DNA of 64,000 bases from the human T2T-CHM13v2.0 reference genome, Homo sapiens. How positions within the stretch are numbered: position 1 is the stretch's first letter; every line of letters begins with the position of its first letter. Positions 59,871 to 64,000 of the stretch are shown piece by piece. The notes under the pieces were generated by a model that saw nothing but the letters and a program-made list of their open reading frames with translations, was not told the origin of the DNA and searched no databases. The position numbers and the translations under genes were made by a program. The stretch lies in the NCBI RefSeq assembly GCF_009914755.1, contig NC_060944.1. The stretch is one strand, 5' to 3'.

Positions 59871-60224
59871 AATTGAAAGCCACCATTTCGGACCAGTGTT
59901 TCTCAAACTTTTAAATATCCCTTCTCCTTTAGATTAGACTAAAAACCTCACACTTTTCTTTAGTTACTTAGAATTTTGAAATGAATTAACTGTAGTGGGA
60001 AAGATTAAATCAAAACAATGGGAATTTTAGAATATGCTCTGTTGATTTGGAGACAAGAATAATAAAGCAGGTACACAGTTTTGAATTATTCGGAGTTTGT
60101 ATTTGCACTTTTTTTTTTTTAGTGTGAAGGATGTTTTCAGGACTCTGGGAGGTGCTAATCTGGGAAGTTTCAGATAACTTTGATAACTAAAATATCATTT
60201 TTTGATAACTATATAATCATATTA

Positions 60225-60475
60225 ATCATAAACATTTATTGATGCCTACTCTGAGGCAGGCACAGTTTTAAACAGTTTATAGAAATCAATTCAGTTGATC
60301 TTATACTGATAACAGATAGACTATTATTATAATCTCCACTTGCCAGATAAGAAACTGAGTCCCAGAGAGGTCATGCAGTTTGCCTAGAGTCACACAGTTG
60401 GTAAGTAGGGGCACTGGGATTTGAACTCAGATAGCATAAATACAGAATCTTTACTTTTAACTTCTACTGTACTAC
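60225..60475 (-). mobile_element. MIR
   Basis: CAGATAAGAAACTGAGTCCCAGAGAGGTCATGCAGTTTGCCTAGAGTCACACAG. Confidence 0.8.
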
Positions 60476-60551
60476 CCCACACTTAAAATAACACAGGGGA
60501 CCTGGCTGAACTTTCAGGGATTCCTCTGTAGAATCTTTGTGCAATTTTTAG

Positions 60552-60787
60552 TTTGTTTAGTTTTTTTTATTTTTTATTTTTTAAAATTTACTTTAAGTTC
60601 TGGAATACATGTGCAGAATGTGCAGGTTTGTTACGTAGGTATACCCGTGCCATGGTGGTTTGCTCCACCTATCAACCTGTCATCCAGGTTTTAAGGCCTG
60701 CATGCATTTGGTATTTGTCCTAATGTTCTCCCTCCCCTTGCCCCTCACCCTCTGACAGGCCCTGGTATGTGATGTTCCCCTCCCCGT
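60552..60787 (-). mobile_element. Short 5'-truncated L1PA8-like 3' end
   Basis: TTTACTTTAAGTTCTGGAATACATGTGCAGAATG..AGGTTTTAAGGCCTGCATGCAT. Confidence 0.85.
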
Positions 60788-61487
60788 ATTTGCACTTTTT
60801 AAACTTTCATTTGTGTGTGTGTGTGTTTCTGTGTGAGGATAAAGTATTATTGATACATTTGAAGTTCCCTTTGGCTACCACCATTTCATCTCTGTCTCAT
60901 TTTTTCCTCCCTCCTTTTTCTTCCCTCTTTCTTTCCTTCTCTCCCTTTTCTCCCCCTAGAGGCAATAGTATAAAAATATCATGTACATTCATTCTTCCAG
61001 TCTATTTGTTGACATCTTTTCATACACACACACGTGCGCGCACACACACAGACACACACACTCCTGAAAACAAAGTCTTATTTTGAACTTTTGTTTGTAA
61101 ATTTATGCAATCAGTTTCAGAGTATACAGCTCATGCTGCAATTTGCTTTATTCTAATCAACATTTTTGAGATCCACTCATCATGATATGTGTCTAGGTCT
61201 CGGTAATTTTTTTAACCTTTTACTGTTGTGTAGATTTCCATCCTACTAATACAGCACAACCTAGTTTTCAATTTCCCTTGTTGTTGTTGTTAGGTACCGC
61301 GTGGCTATGACCTTCCTTGCACGTGCAGCAGGGTTTCTCTAGCTTAAACCTACAACTGAAATTCCTGTTTTATGGAGCTAGAATATGCTTCTTTCCCAAC
61401 TACACATGTACATTCCAATTCTCAGCTGAAGATTGTGATATTCACATCTTCTCCTTCTGTTACTTTGGCTCAATTGAGGGTCACAGC

Positions 61488-61553
61488 TGTGGACTGTGAA
61501 TGTTGTCTTGTGAATGTGGACTGTGGACGGTGAATGCGGACTGTGACTGTGGG
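61488..61553 (+). repeat. Degenerate tandem array of TGTGGAC/TGTGAA units
   Basis: Read directly from the sequence. Confidence 0.7.
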
Positions 61554-61932
61554 TTGATGAATATTTTCTTAAAGAGCCAAAAAGTAAATATCCCAGGCCT
61601 TGCTGGACAAGAGTTAAAATGGAGGAAATTATGTATGGAGAATACTTAAAATGTAATTATTAAAAAATGTGAAATGTGAAAATAAGCTGGGTGTGGTGGC
61701 TCATGCCTATAATCCCAGCACTTTAGGAGGCTGAGGTGGGAGGATCGCTTGAACCCAGGAGTACGAGACCAGCCTGGGTGACATAGTGAGACACCCACCT
61801 CATTAAAAGAAAAAAAATTTATAAAAACTAAAATAAAATAAAAATGTGAAAATCAAATCATCCTTAGTTTGCTGTCTGCAAAAAGCAGCAACTGGATGTA
61901 TTTAGCTAATGCACTGTAGTTTACTGACCCTT
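61552..61932. mobile_element. MER58-like hAT element containing a FLAM_C (+, ~61686-61841)
   Basis: The element reads TTTTCTTAAAGAGCCAAAAAGTAAATAT..TAGTTTACTGACCC. The FLAM is flanked by AAATGTGAAAAT on both sides. Confidence 0.65.
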
Positions 61933-62877
61933 GTCCTCCATGGTCTTCTAGTTCTAATATAAACTTACTTATTAACAGAAAAATCAGTGCATGTGTTGAT
62001 ACACACACACGGTTTTTGAGCAGGGTGAGAAGTTAGGTCGTTTGCATACACACTGGCTGTGGCCAGCCTGGGGGAACCAGTGTCCCATTTCCTAGAAGGC
62101 TGCTGTTGCCCTTCGCTCTCAGAGGCAGCAAGGCCCAAGACTGGCCTCATTTCTCACCCCAAGGTGCCCCCTGCCTCTCTGCCTTCTCTGCAGGTTCGGT
62201 GCCCCTTCCTTGGTGAGTGGACACACAGCACTGATGCTCTGTCTGCAGTGGGCATTTGCAGGTGCTGCACCCAAAGGCCTGTCTTCCTTAGCACCCTATG
62301 ACACTGTCTTACAAGGATTGTGAAGTATGTGTTGGGCAGGGTCTCTCCAGTGGGCTCAAGGACAAAATGCTGTGAGGCGTTTGGAGGGACAGTGGAAGGG
62401 AGAGCCACAAAAATGGGCCATTTTGAAAATATGAAATCAGGGGGGTCAAAGGGTTCAGGGCCTTTTTCCAAAGACAGCGTCGGAATGGGATATAGACAAG
62501 GCTGATAGGGTGGAAATAACCCACCTGGCTTGTTCCCTGAGATAACTAGAGGAAGTAGGATTAATGGAATAAATGACAGTTTTGAAAAGGCTCAGGTAAA
62601 AGCAGTTGTTTGTAAAATCCTTGTCCTAGGCAGAATTTGGCATGGCCATTTCCTGTCCTTCCAATAGCACCGCATTCAGATTCACCGTGACCACTAACAT
62701 CCAGTGTACTTTTTACCATTTCTTTGTAAGGCGTCTCTACAATCTCTTTCTCCAACAACTTTGAAGTTACCATCTAGGAGGTGCCTGCCCTGGGGACTCT
62801 GTAAGTTCCTCTGGTACAAGGCCCATCATTTGCAGGGAGTGGGAGGGATTACAGGAAGAGGCAAAGAGCGAACCACC

Positions 62878-62884
<7 letters not shown>

Positions 62885-62920
<36 letters not shown>
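62885..62920 (+). repeat. (GT)n microsatellite
   Basis: Read directly from the sequence. Confidence 0.95.
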
Positions 62921-62921
<1 letters not shown>

Positions 62922-62991
62922 GGAGGGAATAGAGATAGAGAAACTTTCCCTTTTCACAAATGTCAAACTTGCATAGAAAATACTGTTGCAA

Positions 62992-63307
<316 letters not shown>

Positions 63308-64000
63308 AAAATACTCTTGCAAATCTGAGTGCCCACTTAAATTCTGTCAATTTCACCCAGTGTGGATGAATTCAGTGCTACCACTGTCCTCTCCCCCACC
63401 CTGCCTGCCTCTTGCTGCCTACCTCTCCAGATTAGGACAGCCCTTTTTGTATTTCCCTCCAGCAAACACGCTCCCTACTCCTATCCAAGCCCCATTCATT
63501 CAATAGAGATCAGAGAAGACATGACAACAAAGAAGAGACACAACTGACTGAAATTCTTCAAGACCCAGGACGCACCTGAGTCCATTCCAGGCCCCACACC
63601 TGTGGAATGGGGCTTATGCCACGGCTCTGCGAGGCAGTCCCATGAAAAGATGAGCTGGAACTGTCAGAGATGGTGGACCAGGTGAGGCCCCTGGCCTTCT
63701 TTTTCAAATCTCTCTACATACACCATCCATCTTTGCAGCGATGACTACGCAGGGCCGGAGGTGGTAAGCTGGCAGGGCTGGCAATCAGGTGGAGGTTTCC
63801 CACTGCTGGTTTTGTCATCTATTGACTCAAGCATCCTGCCTTTTACCTAGAGCAAACAACTCAGCAATGAAATCCCATGATTCCCCAGAGCTTGGGTTTG
63901 CTGCAACCCACACATGGAGGGCTAAATTAAGCTGTTTGCACCTTGGCTGACATCTTCTAAATGGTTCTGTGGATAATGGTGTTTATCCCCTGTAGAGACG

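Noticed and set aside
63431-63763. Two splice-like exons (donor CAG/GTGAGG at 63682; acceptor at 63738; donor GTG/GTAAGC at 63764)
   Set aside because: The implied intron is only 57 nt and no recognisable protein results. Splice motifs alone are insufficient without RNA data.

Overview
This is human nuclear DNA, repeat-rich and non-coding. The human assignment rests on an L1HS pre-Ta element. I recognise no host protein-coding exon, RNA gene or CRISPR array. All long ORFs are LINE-1 ORF1/ORF2 remnants, and the short ORFs are chance or repeat-derived. The main content is a ~13.4-kb nested stack at 10.9-24.5 kb: an old L1M is split by an LTR, which is split by a full-length L1PB, which in turn carries a full-length L1PA7-like element and an AluS. 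There is also a 5'-truncated human-specific pre-Ta L1 (29859-34297), a tailless internal L1PA fragment (46.0-49.3 kb), old L1M/L2/MIR fragments, about 14 Alu/FLAM pieces, MaLR/ERV LTRs, hAT DNA transposons and microsatellites. Three observations stand out. (1) The pre-Ta L1 is flanked by a perfect 81-bp target-site duplication inside a fold-back-prone AT-rich tract, and its ORF2 is full length apart from a single +1 slip. (2) About 110-130 bp of apparently unique local sequence (6.85 kb) is copied between two AluJ arms at 4.3 kb. (3) The L1PA7 5'UTR retains an open antisense ORF0-like frame. I see no evidence of a new multi-gene system. Subfamily names come from recalled consensus features and need RepeatMasker/Dfam confirmation.
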